A stretch of 64,000 bases of DNA from Chloroflexota bacterium. GTDB taxonomy: Bacteria; Chloroflexota; Chloroflexia; Chloroflexales; Herpetosiphonaceae. How positions within the stretch are numbered: the first letter of the stretch is position 1; each line of letters starts with the position of its first letter. The translations under genes and the position numbers were made by a program. The notes below the pieces were generated by a model. The model made no database searches. It saw only the letters and a list, made by a program, of their open reading frames with translations, and was not told where the DNA came from. The stretch spans positions 43,024 through 107,023 of the forward strand of contig JAIUOC010000003.1 in assembly GCA_020161265.1 (NCBI GenBank). Reading direction: 5' to 3'. Below are positions 18,604 to 29,281 of this stretch, one piece after another.

Positions 18604-19989
18604 ATGACCAATCCACCACAAGGGCTGGAAGAAACCACCCAAGGTGGCCCGCAGCGGCCTGTCGTGCCGCCACAGCGGGTTCAAATTCGCTGTCAAAATT
18701 GCCAAACGCCGTTTGTGGTGGCACTTTGGACATACGTCGATGTTGGGGTGCAGCCTGAATTAAAAGGTGCGATGCTTTCAGGTCAATTAAATGTTGCAGT
18801 TTGCCCTAGCTGTGGCGCTGGCGGCATGCTGGCCTCACCCTTGATCTACCATGATCCTGAAAAGAAGTTTTTCTGGACGCTCTTTCCACAAGAATTGAAT
18901 TTGCCAACCGAGGAGCAAGAACGCTTTGTTGGCGAGGCTTCGAAAGTGGCCATGCAATTGTTGCCACCCGATGCGCCACGTGGCTATTTGCTGACTCCCC
19001 GCCGTTTCATCACCATGCAAACCATGCTCGAAACCTTGTTGGAAAGTGAAGGCATTACCAAAGAGGTCATGCAAGCGCAACGCCAACGGGTCGAGTTGCT
19101 AAGCCAATTGGCCGAAGCACTCGAAGCTGATCGAGCCGAGAATTTACTCGATTCAGATCAAGGTAAATTGGCTCAAGTGGTGGCTGACAACAAGGCTGCA
19201 CTTGATGGCGAGTTTTTCCTCACGCTCAATTCCTATATCGAAGCTGCCTTGCAACAAGGCCGCGAAGATAGCGCCGAAATGATCGGCGAGTTGAGCCAAC
19301 GAGTGATGCAGTTGAGTGGCTTTGATCCAGTGGCTGCCGGTTTGCAAGAGCCAGCCGTCGAAGATGTGGTTGCCGCTTTGCGCGATGCCGATGATGCCAG
19401 CCTCGAAGATGTGATTAGCAATTATCGACCGTTGATCGATGATGAAACCTTCGAAGCTTGGGATGCCCAAATTGCTGCCTTGCCCGAAGCAGAACAAGCT
19501 GCGGCTCAAGCGCGACGCGACCATATTTACTCAACGTTGGAGCGTATGGATGCTGAAGCCCAAGCTATTTTTGAAAAAGCTAATGGCTTGTTGCGCGATG
19601 CTTTGCAAGCTGAAGATCCACGGGCTTTGTTAGTTGAGCGCCATAAAGAGTTAAGCGAAGCCTTTTTCGTGGTAATCGATGCCAACTTGAATGCAGCGAT
19701 GCGTACCAATCAGCAAATTATTGCCGAGCAATTGATGCTGTTGCGCCAAACTGCTGCCGAAGTGTTGCAAGAGGCCATGACTCCCCAAGAACGCTTGATC
19801 AATCAATTGTTGAGCGCTGAAACTGCTGGCGATGCTACCAAGTTGCTGCGCAAAAATATGGCTTTGGTCAACGGTGATTTTGTTAAGGAAGTCAACGAAT
19901 TGGCCGAGCAAATGGAAAAAGCTGGGCGTAAGGAAGTCGTCGAGCGGCTCCGCCAGGTTGCCCGCGAATCGGCGAGTCTCCTATTTTAA
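18604..19989 (+). CDS. CpXC-domain protein with long alpha-helical C-terminal region
   Basis: CQNCQ...CPSCG zinc-ribbon pair typical of CpXC. Start at MTNPPQG. The track ORF is longer. Confidence 0.6.
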   Translation: MTNPPQGLEETTQGGPQRPVVPPQRVQIRCQNCQTPFVVALWTYVDVGVQPELKGAMLSGQLNVAVCPSCGAGGMLASPLIYHDPEKKFFWTLFPQELNLPTEEQERFVGEASKVAMQLLPPDAPRGYLLTPRRFITMQTMLETLLESEGITKEVMQAQRQRVELLSQLAEALEADRAENLLDSDQGKLAQVVADNKAALDGEFFLTLNSYIEAALQQGREDSAEMIGELSQRVMQLSGFDPVAAGLQEPAVEDVVAALRDADDASLEDVISNYRPLIDDETFEAWDAQIAALPEAEQAAAQARRDHIYSTLERMDAEAQAIFEKANGLLRDALQAEDPRALLVERHKELSEAFFVVIDANLNAAMRTNQQIIAEQLMLLRQTAAEVLQEAMTPQERLINQLLSAETAGDATKLLRKNMALVNGDFVKEVNELAEQMEKAGRKEVVERLRQVARESASLLF

Positions 19990-20127
19990 AGGATGAAGGA
20001 TGAGGGATAAATTATGAATAGATTGATCCCTCATCCTTCAATTTTCCAAATAAAAATGGCGTATCTTGGGAATTTTTGATGTTGTGATGCTGGTTTTCAT
20101 CCCTCATCCCTCATCCTTCATCCTTCT
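19990..20127. repeat. intergenic word repeat (ggatgaaggatgagggat, inverted atccctcatccttcatcc)
   Basis: Inverted copies of the gagggat/gaaggat word. Confidence 0.7.
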
Positions 20128-21267
20128 ATGAAAGCTTTACTACGTTCGACAATGGTTCGAGGGTTGGCGCTGGCATTGGCTGGTTTTATCCGTTCAGCGC
20201 CAGCCCAACCTCAACGAATTTTGGTGATCAAGCCTGATCATTTGGGCGATGTGTTGTTGTTGACCCCAGCCTTACGAGCCTTGCGCCAAAACCAACCGCA
20301 AGCCCAGATCAGCGTTTTGGTTGGTTCATGGGCTACCCGCCTCTTGGCCGATAATCCTGATCTTGATGCGATTGAAACCTGTGAGTTTCCTGGCTTTGTG
20401 CGTGGTGCGCAGCCCTCGGCCTTGGCTCCTTATCGCTTGCTTTGGCGCGAAGCTGCCCGTTTACGCAGCATGAATTTTGATACAGCCTTGCTTGCCCGTG
20501 ATGACCACTGGTGGGGCGGCTTGTTGGCGCTTGGAGCTGGCTGTGGCCGCCGAATTGGTTTTGCCCATCCCTTGGTTGCGTCAACATTAACCAACGCTCT
20601 CGCTTGGAATCCAAATGCCCATGTTACTCAGCAAGCCTTGGATTTGGTGGCAGCACTCGGTTCTGAGCAACCGCAAACCCAAACGCTGCGTTTTGTGCCA
20701 AGTGCCGCTGAGCATGCTTGGGCCGAGGCTTGGCTAGCACAGCATCAGATTCAAAAACCATTGGTGGCAATTCAGGCTGGCAGTGGCGGCGCAGCCAAAT
20801 TATGGCCGGCTGACCGTTGGGCACAGGTCGCTAAGCAATTGGCAAATCAAGCTCAAATTGTATTAACTGGTGGTCCAGCCGATGCTGCTGATGTAGCAGC
20901 AATTAGCCAACAGTTGCAAATTCCTCATCTGAATGCAGTTGGTCAGGCCAATTTGGGCCAATTGGCGGCTTTGTTTGGGCGTTGCGCTTTGGTGTTGGGC
21001 GTGGATAACGGCCCCTTGCATTTGGCCGTAAGTCAATTAACCCCAACCATTCATCTATTTGGGCCAGGCGATCGACGACGCTTTGGGCCTTGGGGCGACC
21101 CAACCCGCCACGTTGTGATTGATGCAGACTTAGCCTGCTCGCCATGCGGCGTGTTGACCCATTGTCCACGCCAAACTAAACCCAGCGAGTGCATGACCGC
21201 AATTTCGGTGCAACAGGTGATCGGTCACGCCAAACGTCTACTTGATCAGGCTGGAACCTCGATTTAG
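20128..21267 (+). CDS. glycosyltransferase family 9 (heptosyltransferase-like)
   Basis: N-terminal ILVIKPDHLGDVLLLTPALRAL and the C-terminal GVDNGPLHLA motif are characteristic of GT9. Confidence 0.8.
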   Translation: MKALLRSTMVRGLALALAGFIRSAPAQPQRILVIKPDHLGDVLLLTPALRALRQNQPQAQISVLVGSWATRLLADNPDLDAIETCEFPGFVRGAQPSALAPYRLLWREAARLRSMNFDTALLARDDHWWGGLLALGAGCGRRIGFAHPLVASTLTNALAWNPNAHVTQQALDLVAALGSEQPQTQTLRFVPSAAEHAWAEAWLAQHQIQKPLVAIQAGSGGAAKLWPADRWAQVAKQLANQAQIVLTGGPADAADVAAISQQLQIPHLNAVGQANLGQLAALFGRCALVLGVDNGPLHLAVSQLTPTIHLFGPGDRRRFGPWGDPTRHVVIDADLACSPCGVLTHCPRQTKPSECMTAISVQQVIGHAKRLLDQAGTSI

Positions 21268-21315
21268 CAGGCTACGTATCAGCAGCACAATTAATTTGTT
21301 TTGAGGAAAAGCGTT

Positions 21316-21516
21316 ATGCAACAGTGGGAATATCATGTTGAGCTTGTCGATATTAGTGGTTTTTGGAGTCCAAATGTAGACCCAAGCATTATTAGTCGTA
21401 TGTTCAACAAAGCTGGCAGTGATGGCTGGGAAATTGTAGCGATTGTTGACATAAATAGCGGTCATGGTCAAAGCTCGCGCTTACTAGTAACCTTCAAGCG
21501 TCCACGTCCAGCCTAG
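21316..21516 (+). CDS. DUF4177-like small protein
   Basis: MQQWEYHV...GWEIV pattern. GAGGA RBS upstream of ATG 21316. Confidence 0.5.
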   Translation: MQQWEYHVELVDISGFWSPNVDPSIISRMFNKAGSDGWEIVAIVDINSGHGQSSRLLVTFKRPRPA

Positions 21517-21530
21517 CAATAATCGGTTTA

Positions 21531-21971
21531 ATGCCTGATTTGAAGCCATGCAGGCTATGGTATAGTAGCGCCATCATGAGCGCATTCAAGCATCAGCCAA
21601 CGCGGCATTGGCCTCGGCATATTCAAGCAGTCAGTTGGATTATTTTGATTCAACTGGCTTTGTTTTGCCCAATGGCCTGTATTGCCCATTGTTGGTGGTG
21701 GAGTATGCCAAGCCATTCGGCTGGCGCAGCGCAGCATAGTGCCACGATGTTGGTGTGTGAATTGCATGCTGAACATAGCGATTCTGCGCCGCAGCCAATT
21801 CCCCCCTTGCCTGCTGGCTTGGCCGCTTTTTACCCAATGGTCTTGATATTCTTGGCTGGTTGGGTGCTTGCTTCGCATGGATGGCGAGGTTTTGCCCAAC
21901 AGCATGCGCTTTGGTCAACCTATCATCCCCAAATTATCACGCCCCCGCCACGAATGAGCGCATTCGGCTAA
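21531..21971 (+). CDS. hypothetical Cys/His-rich membrane protein upstream of the copper chaperones
   Basis: Two TM segments. CPMACIAHCWWW and several His. Codon usage only moderately convincing. Confidence 0.4.
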   Translation: MPDLKPCRLWYSSAIMSAFKHQPTRHWPRHIQAVSWIILIQLALFCPMACIAHCWWWSMPSHSAGAAQHSATMLVCELHAEHSDSAPQPIPPLPAGLAAFYPMVLIFLAGWVLASHGWRGFAQQHALWSTYHPQIITPPPRMSAFG

Positions 21972-22005
21972 ATTTTTATCCCAATTACGATTAAATTGCA
22001 TAAGG

Positions 22006-22620
22006 ATGGGTGCCATGAAATACGCTCATTGGCTTTTTGGCTGTGTGCTGCTAGGGCTTGTCTTGAGTTTAAGCAGTTGTGGCACAGCCAGCTATCAGAT
22101 TATTCGGCCAATTGACAACCCAACAGCAGCGCCAGATTTTACCTTGATTGATCAGCATGGTGCCGATTTTCACCTCGCTGAGCAACGTGGCAAAATTGTA
22201 ATTCTCTTTTTTGGCTTTACTGCCTGCCCCGATGTTTGCCCATTGGCTTTAGGGCTTTCGTCACAGGCTCGCAAAAAACTTGCAGATGATGCCGATAAGA
22301 TTCAAATTGCCTTTGTAACGGTCGATCCAGAGCGCGATAATCCCGCGACAATCGATCGCTATGTTTCGCTGTTCGATTCAACGATTTTGGGCTTGAACGG
22401 TGAAACTGAAGTGGTTGAGGCGGTCAAAAAGGCCTATGGCGTGCATGCCGAGCGGCGCGAATTGCCTGATTCGGCCTTGCAATACACCATCGACCATACC
22501 GCTGGCTTATATATCATCGATCAACAAGGACGCTGGTTTGCCATGGCCAACCACGATGTTGATCCAACACTTTTAGCAACTGATCTTGAGACGATGTTGC
22601 AATACATCGATGTTGAATAA
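22006..22620 (+). CDS. SCO1/SenC copper chaperone (thioredoxin fold)
   Basis: CPDVCP motif, signal/TM anchor. 204 aa. Confidence 0.85.
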   Translation: MGAMKYAHWLFGCVLLGLVLSLSSCGTASYQIIRPIDNPTAAPDFTLIDQHGADFHLAEQRGKIVILFFGFTACPDVCPLALGLSSQARKKLADDADKIQIAFVTVDPERDNPATIDRYVSLFDSTILGLNGETEVVEAVKKAYGVHAERRELPDSALQYTIDHTAGLYIIDQQGRWFAMANHDVDPTLLATDLETMLQYIDVE

Positions 22621-22638
22621 TTCTAGGAGCATCTTTCA

Positions 22639-23202
22639 ATGAAACGTTTAATGCTTGGTTTATTGGTCTTGATCTTGGCTGCTTGTGGTTCGGAAACCAC
22701 CTCAACGACCGCTCCTAGCACGAGCAATGGTGCTGCGAATACGCTTGGTTCATTAACAATTGAAGGTTCATTTGCCCGCCCAGCCTTTGCTGCTGCCACG
22801 ATTATGCAAACCCCAACCATGGCAACCACGCCAGTTAGCCCAACGATGGGTGGTGGTATGAGTGGTGGCAGTGCCATGATGGGTAGCAATAGCGCCGCTT
22901 ATATGACGATTCGCAATAGTGGCGCTGCTGATAACTTAATTTCGGCCTCAACCGATGTTGCAGGCAAAGTTGAGTTGCATACCGTTGTGGCCGATGGTGA
23001 TGTGATGCGCATGGAACAGGTCGAAAAAATCGAAGTGCCAGCCAATGGCGAAGCACTCTTGAAACCAGGCGGTTTCCATGTGATGTTGTTGGAAGTCAAG
23101 CAAGATCTCAAGGTTGGCGATACGATTGATTTGAGCTTAACCTTTGAAAAAGCTGGCACGATTACGCTCAAAGTGCCGGTGCAAATGCCCAGTGCGCAAT
23201 AA
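22639..23202 (+). CDS. PCu(A)C copper chaperone (DUF461) lipoprotein with Met-rich segment
   Basis: Lipobox LAAC-G. Met-rich stretch (MGGGMSGGSAMMGS). H(M)x10M...H-x-M pattern FHVMLLEV. Confidence 0.8.
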   Translation: MKRLMLGLLVLILAACGSETTSTTAPSTSNGAANTLGSLTIEGSFARPAFAAATIMQTPTMATTPVSPTMGGGMSGGSAMMGSNSAAYMTIRNSGAADNLISASTDVAGKVELHTVVADGDVMRMEQVEKIEVPANGEALLKPGGFHVMLLEVKQDLKVGDTIDLSLTFEKAGTITLKVPVQMPSAQ

Positions 23203-23280
23203 AGAGCATAGAACATAGAGCATAGAGCCAATCCCTCGTCTAGTTGCTTGCTGGACGAGGGATGTTGATTTTAGCCATTT
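23203..23280. repeat. word repeat (catagaacatagagcatagag) plus hairpin ccctcgtc...gacgaggg, terminator-like
   Basis: 9-bp GC-rich stem immediately after the stop of the copper chaperone gene. Confidence 0.65.
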
Positions 23281-24191
23281 TAGGCGGCCATGGCTTGGTC
23301 GTTTGGGGCTTGACGCACCTGTTCGGCAGCACTGATCCAGCCTTCGATTGTGCTGGGTTTTTTATCTTTGCGGCCAAGATAGCGCTGAACGGCGTTCCAA
23401 TTGTTGCCGCCAACGACTGAGGCATAGCGGGCAAAGAAACGCCGTTCGGCTTCGCTAGCATCGACAGGGCGGCCAGTGCGCTCGGAACTATTGCCAAAAG
23501 CCTCGTCAAGTGCTAGTTCGGGGTAGAGTGTAGCTAGTTTGGCGGGATAATTTGCGCCTAATTTGAGATGCAAAGGCCGTGGTGGCTTGATAATTGGCCG
23601 CATCTGGCGTTGATCACCATCGCGCTCGACGAGGATAATCGCGTCGGCCTCGTAGGTAATATGTTCGTCGGCTAGCACCCGCAAGCCCACATCGGCATGA
23701 TTACGGTCTTCGCTTTGTTCGCTATATTGTTTGGCCAAGTGGCCGATGATAATCACATGAAAGCCATGTTGTTTTAGCTCGGTTAAGCCAGTATAAATTG
23801 CTTGCAGGTTGCGATTGAAGGAGGCATATTCATCAAACTCTATTTGGGTTTTGCGGTCGGTTTCAGCGCCAGCCCGTTGTTGTGCATGGGCCCGCATCGC
23901 TTGCAGCACCTTAGAAACTGAATCGAGCACCACCGTATCGCCACTTTTGCCAAGCCGTTGAATCTCTTGCATAGCTGCCAAAAGTTGTTGCAGCGAGAGC
24001 GTTTGCACCGCTTGAATCGATTTATGGACTCCAGGTTTGCCCAAAAGATTCTTGGCAGCACCCTCGGTATCCAAGATCCAGACCGTGCCACTGCGGCGGG
24101 TGCTGGCGGCTAAGTGCGATTTGCCTGCGCCTGCTTGCCCTGTCAAAATAAATAAACTGCCTGTTTCAAGTTGGTCTAGCGACTGAAACAT
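23280..24191 (-). CDS. RecA-fold P-loop NTPase (AAA_24-like ATPase), stand-alone
   Basis: Walker A GQAGAGKS and Walker B VVLDS. Start at MFQSLDQL with AAAGGAA RBS. Confidence 0.6.
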   Translation of the reverse strand: MFQSLDQLETGSLFILTGQAGAGKSHLAASTRRSGTVWILDTEGAAKNLLGKPGVHKSIQAVQTLSLQQLLAAMQEIQRLGKSGDTVVLDSVSKVLQAMRAHAQQRAGAETDRKTQIEFDEYASFNRNLQAIYTGLTELKQHGFHVIIIGHLAKQYSEQSEDRNHADVGLRVLADEHITYEADAIILVERDGDQRQMRPIIKPPRPLHLKLGANYPAKLATLYPELALDEAFGNSSERTGRPVDASEAERRFFARYASVVGGNNWNAVQRYLGRKDKKPSTIEGWISAAEQVRQAPNDQAMAA

Positions 24192-24348
24192 TGTGCGATT
24201 CCTTTCATGAACTCGGTTACCCATAGCCATTGCTGGCCCGTATCCGTCAATCTACATAAAAAATATAGAACAAATGTTTCAAAGTGTCAAGCCTAAAAAA
24301 GCCACAGGTTGGGGCCTGTGGCTTAAATCGTTGGCGAAATCTTTAGTT

Positions 24349-25560
24349 TTAAGGCTTGAGATCGCTGCCTTCAACCTGTTTTTTGGCTTCGCGGCGGTTG
24401 CGCCGACTTTCGCGACGCTCAGCAACTGTATGGTTTTCAAGCAATTTGCCCTCTTGCTCGACCAAATCGGCCTGCGGGTTGGGTGAATCGACAAGCTTGC
24501 CATGCAGATATGAAAGAATGATGCGGGCAACTGCGGCAATTGGGATCGATATGAGCAAGCCTAAGCCGCCGGCTACCGCTCCCCCCGCCAAAATTGCAAA
24601 GATCACAAAGACCGGATGCACATTGACGATGTGGCCGACCAAATTTGGAATAATAAAGTGATCTTCGAATTGGCGCAGGGCAAAATAGACGGCAATAATT
24701 ACCAACGCTAATACCCAAGGCTCCCAGCCAAACGGGGTTGTGCCTTGGAAAAAGCCTACCAAAGCGGCGATGGCGGTGGCCATGTACGGCCCGATGATTG
24801 GGATAATTTCCAAGAAGCCAGTGGCGATGGCAATAATCAAGGCATATTTGACTTGTAAAATTGAGAGGGCAATAAAACTCAGCACCGACATGATGATAAT
24901 CAGTAAAAACTGACCGCGAATGTAGGCTGAGAGCACCCGATCGATCGAGCTAACCAATTGACGAATTTCATCACGATGGCGTTCGGGAATCAAGCGATAG
25001 AAGTTGTTGGGAATAGTTTCGGCTTGGAGTAGTAAGTAGAAGGTTACGACGAAGTAGACTAGGGTCAAAATAAAGCCTTCGGCCAGCCCAAACAGAAATT
25101 TAGGGGCGGCACCAGGCAAATCTTTAGCAAACGCCGCAATTGCTCCCGATATTTCACGCTCAGCTTCACGCAGATTAATCAATTCGACTCCACGAATCGT
25201 CAATGATTCATGTTTTTCAACATACTTTTTGGCCTCTTCAAGCCAAGTTGGAATAGCCTGAGCAAGGTCATTAATCTGGGTGGTAATAATTGGGACGACG
25301 TTACTCACCAGCAAAGTTAACAGCGCAGACCCGATGATGTAGAGCACAATTACCCACCAAAAACGGGGTGTTTTGGTACGCCGTTGCATCCAGGTAACAA
25401 CTGGATTAAAAATATAGGCCGTGATGATCGCCCAAACAAAGGGGATCATAATATGCCAAGCTTGGTTGACCAAGTATAGGCTAATAATAACAATCGAAAG
25501 GACTGTTACAAACTTTGCGCGAGGTGAGAAACGAATCGGACTAGTTGGCTGAACGTGCAT
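24349..25560 (-). CDS. AI-2E family transporter (PerM/YhhT, UPF0118)
   Basis: About 8 TM helices with the characteristic architecture. Charged C-terminal tail. Confidence 0.8.
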   Translation of the reverse strand: MHVQPTSPIRFSPRAKFVTVLSIVIISLYLVNQAWHIMIPFVWAIITAYIFNPVVTWMQRRTKTPRFWWVIVLYIIGSALLTLLVSNVVPIITTQINDLAQAIPTWLEEAKKYVEKHESLTIRGVELINLREAEREISGAIAAFAKDLPGAAPKFLFGLAEGFILTLVYFVVTFYLLLQAETIPNNFYRLIPERHRDEIRQLVSSIDRVLSAYIRGQFLLIIIMSVLSFIALSILQVKYALIIAIATGFLEIIPIIGPYMATAIAALVGFFQGTTPFGWEPWVLALVIIAVYFALRQFEDHFIIPNLVGHIVNVHPVFVIFAILAGGAVAGGLGLLISIPIAAVARIILSYLHGKLVDSPNPQADLVEQEGKLLENHTVAERRESRRNRREAKKQVEGSDLKP

Positions 25561-25586
25561 AACATCTCCTCCACATGGCCAGTGCG

Positions 25587-25850
25587 TTATTGTTGACGCG
25601 AGCGACCAAGGGGAATATCGGCCTTGAGGTGGTCGGCAGCTTCGCCACGGGTCAAGGTTACTTCAATGGCCTCTGGATTGGTTACTTCAACGTAACGCTC
25701 GATCACGGCAATAATTTCACGTTTCATCTCTTCCATATCGTGGGGCGTGAGATGCACGCGATCATGAACTAAAACCGTCAATAAACGCTCTTTTGCAACC
25801 GACGAACTGTTCTGTTGCTTGCGACCAAAAAGATTATCTAAAAGACCCAT
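25587..25850 (-). CDS. minE: cell division topological specificity factor MinE
   Basis: N-terminal MGLLDNLFGRK membrane-targeting sequence and a conserved core. Confidence 0.9.
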   Translation of the reverse strand: MGLLDNLFGRKQQNSSSVAKERLLTVLVHDRVHLTPHDMEEMKREIIAVIERYVEVTNPEAIEVTLTRGEAADHLKADIPLGRSRQQ

Positions 25851-25895
25851 AGATCCGCTCCATGTGGAAGATAAAGTTGGCTCAACCGCGCCATT

Positions 25896-26696
<801 letters not shown>

Positions 26697-26716
26697 ACAT
26701 GATCCTCAAAGACCCA

Positions 26717-27391
26717 CTAGCGGCGTGGGGCATCCCATGGTACTACTACAATGTTGTCGCCATCAAGGCTGGCTTGTTCAGGGCCAGTTGGGCGATGATT
26801 ATCAGGTGTGCGGGCAAGGTTATCGGCGATCCGCAAGAGGGTTGGGCGCAATTCGAGCGCACAGACAATTGCCTGTTGATTGCCGCCAACACCTGCATGG
26901 ACGGAGCCGCGTAAGCGCCCCCAAATGATGACACTGCCGTGAGCACTAATTTCGGCTCCTGCATTGACATCACCGACCACAACGATATGGCCTTGATGCC
27001 GAATTGCTTGGCCGGAACGCACGGTGCGCCATAAAAATAAGCCTTCGCCTTGCACGACGGGTGGAGGAGTAGACCGTAGGCTGTCGGGATGGCGGGTTTC
27101 TACGCCAGCCTGCCGACCAGTAGTCCGATTGGTTGGTGCGATGGTAATTAATGCGGCTGGCTCAATATCATGTTCAGCCATGATCGCCAAGATCGCCTGT
27201 AGCTCCACATCGGTGATCGAACGCTCACCAACATCGATCAATAATTTTGCGCCATGATAAAACGATGGCCCTTGGGCTAGTTGCTTGCGCAAGGCTTCAA
27301 GGACTTCTTCCCACGCTGCGGTGGGGTGTAAAATCAAGCGCAGCCCGTCACGGCTGCCTTTTAACGTGATGCGCTCTTCCATATCGCGCAT
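26717..27391 (-). CDS. minC: septum formation inhibitor MinC
   Basis: C-terminal beta-helix repeats (IVVVGDVNAGAEISAHGSVIIWG) directly upstream of minD. Confidence 0.85.
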   Translation of the reverse strand: MRDMEERITLKGSRDGLRLILHPTAAWEEVLEALRKQLAQGPSFYHGAKLLIDVGERSITDVELQAILAIMAEHDIEPAALITIAPTNRTTGRQAGVETRHPDSLRSTPPPVVQGEGLFLWRTVRSGQAIRHQGHIVVVGDVNAGAEISAHGSVIIWGRLRGSVHAGVGGNQQAIVCALELRPTLLRIADNLARTPDNHRPTGPEQASLDGDNIVVVPWDAPRR

Positions 27392-27424
27392 TATACCGTT
27401 TCCGTCAAGAAAACGAAAATGCTG

Positions 27425-27480
27425 GTTTTAGGATTCAGGGGCTAGGGTTCAGGGGTCAGATTTGTAGGTACTACGAGTAT
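27425..27480. repeat. intergenic word repeat (ggattcaggggctagggttcaggggtcag)
   Basis: Same word family as at 15183 and 1560. Confidence 0.65.
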
Positions 27481-27503
27481 ACATAAAAGCCTTACCCTTT
27501 TTT

Positions 27504-28598
27504 TTACTCAAGCTGAATCTGCCAAATTGCTCCTTGATTGAGCAGCAAAAATTGTGCTTGATCCAATGCTTGCAGATCGTTGGCATAGCGTGGTTCGCCT
27601 ATAGGGTCATTAATTGGATACACCTGAGTTGGCGACCAATAGACCAGTGTATTGCGATCCAAGGTGCGAACAATAATCCCATCATCAAGCCAAGCCAACG
27701 GCTCTACTCCCAAATTAGTCGCCTGAATGGTATTAAGGCTTGGCTCGTAAATCCGAAAATCATCGCCAAGATAATAGGCCAAGGCTCCGCGAGCATTCCA
27801 AACCAAACGCGGCGTATTTGTGCCACGTTGGCTTTGATCGAGCAACCGAATTTGGTTACTTGGCAGATCGAAAAGCTGCAATTCCAAAGCGCTTTGATCA
27901 CGCACTTGCAGCAACAACGCTAATTGATCGCGATTTGGGCTAAGTTGCAAGCTACCAGCTAGCAATTGCCGCTTAGGCAGCCGAATAATCACCTGCTCCT
28001 GGGTATTACCACCAACTTGCATAATCCGCAGGTCGTCATCACCTGCTGCGTAATACAAGGCATTGTTGGTCATCAAGGCCGCTTGAATCAAGCCATTGGT
28101 TGAGGTCAGTACTGTAGCCGATTGGCCGCTAAATGGCTCGATCGCTTGGAGCAAATCAGGCTGGGATTGCGAACGCCACAAGAGCAAAGCTCCATCACTT
28201 GACCAACCCAAAGCTTGGCCTTGATAACTGCGGCTCAGCGTTATAAAACTCAAGCCTGGTGCATGCAACTCGAATTGTTCGGCAGTGATTGATTGGGTAA
28301 TGAGCCATTGCTGGCTCGGCGACAATGGGCCAAATTGCGTCCGCACAACATCATTTGCGCTAACTAATAGCCGATCACTCGCACTTATAATCGTGTTAGT
28401 ACCAACAGTTGGTATTACCAACGGTGTAATGGTTGGTTGGTTGATGCTGGGAGTTGGGCGAGCGGTAGCCAGCGCCAATAGCGTCGGCGTTGGGCGTAAA
28501 TCCAAGGTCGGAATAACCACAACGGTTGGTTGAGGTTGGGTCAGATCACACCCATACAGCAAACTAATTAGTACCAAAACAATATAGAATCGTTTCAT
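27504..28598 (-). CDS. secreted lipoprotein, probably beta-propeller-like, function unknown
   Basis: Signal peptide with LYGC lipobox, Pro/Thr-rich linker, repetitive beta-rich body. Confidence 0.5.
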   Translation of the reverse strand: MKRFYIVLVLISLLYGCDLTQPQPTVVVIPTLDLRPTPTLLALATARPTPSINQPTITPLVIPTVGTNTIISASDRLLVSANDVVRTQFGPLSPSQQWLITQSITAEQFELHAPGLSFITLSRSYQGQALGWSSDGALLLWRSQSQPDLLQAIEPFSGQSATVLTSTNGLIQAALMTNNALYYAAGDDDLRIMQVGGNTQEQVIIRLPKRQLLAGSLQLSPNRDQLALLLQVRDQSALELQLFDLPSNQIRLLDQSQRGTNTPRLVWNARGALAYYLGDDFRIYEPSLNTIQATNLGVEPLAWLDDGIIVRTLDRNTLVYWSPTQVYPINDPIGEPRYANDLQALDQAQFLLLNQGAIWQIQLE

Positions 28599-28616
28599 AT
28601 CACCATGCTATAATAA

Positions 28617-29267
28617 ATGTTGGAAACGGTTATCAGCAACAGGCAGCCTATGACGAATGATACAATCATTGCAACCGCACCACGACTGGTAATTCGTCGC
28701 TGGCAACGGGCAGATTATCAAACCATGGATCGTTGGCCACCCTTCACCGAACCACTGAGCAGCATTTGGAACTTGCCCGATCGAGTGACGGTTGGCGGCG
28801 ATTGGATGAACGATATTCGGCGAACCTATGCGATAGCTCTACGTGATCATACCCTAGTTGGGCGAATTACGTTACGCAATATTGATTCGGCTAGTGGCTC
28901 GGCGCGGCTTGGCATCACTATTGGCCCCCAATATGTGAGCCAAGGCTATGGCACTGAGGGCTTGGCCGCGTTTCTGCAAGCATTTTTCACCACCTTAGGC
29001 TTTCAAACCATGGTGCTCGATGTGGCCTCAGTCAATGAACGTGCGGTGCGCTGCTATCGCCGGCTTGGCTTTCAATACAATGGTCATCATTGGCGCGATG
29101 CTGGCTGGCGTTTTATGCAAACGCTCGATCAAGCTACTCGCGAACGCATCGCCCCCTTTATCAAGGAAGGTCGCCATGGGGTGTGGGTGCAATTTTACGA
29201 CATGACGCTCGAACGGAGTGATTGGCAAGCGGCTCAACATCGGTCAGTTATCCACGTTAATCAATAA
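28617..29267 (+). CDS. GNAT family N-acetyltransferase (RimJ/RimL-like)
   Basis: Acetyl-CoA binding motif region (QGYGTEGLAAFLQ...GF). Confidence 0.65.
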   Translation: MLETVISNRQPMTNDTIIATAPRLVIRRWQRADYQTMDRWPPFTEPLSSIWNLPDRVTVGGDWMNDIRRTYAIALRDHTLVGRITLRNIDSASGSARLGITIGPQYVSQGYGTEGLAAFLQAFFTTLGFQTMVLDVASVNERAVRCYRRLGFQYNGHHWRDAGWRFMQTLDQATRERIAPFIKEGRHGVWVQFYDMTLERSDWQAAQHRSVIHVNQ

Positions 29268-29281
29268 GAAGGAAGCAGTGT

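Noticed and set aside
19153-19911. several 60-120 aa minus-strand ORFs
   Set aside because: Antisense to the CpXC-domain gene.
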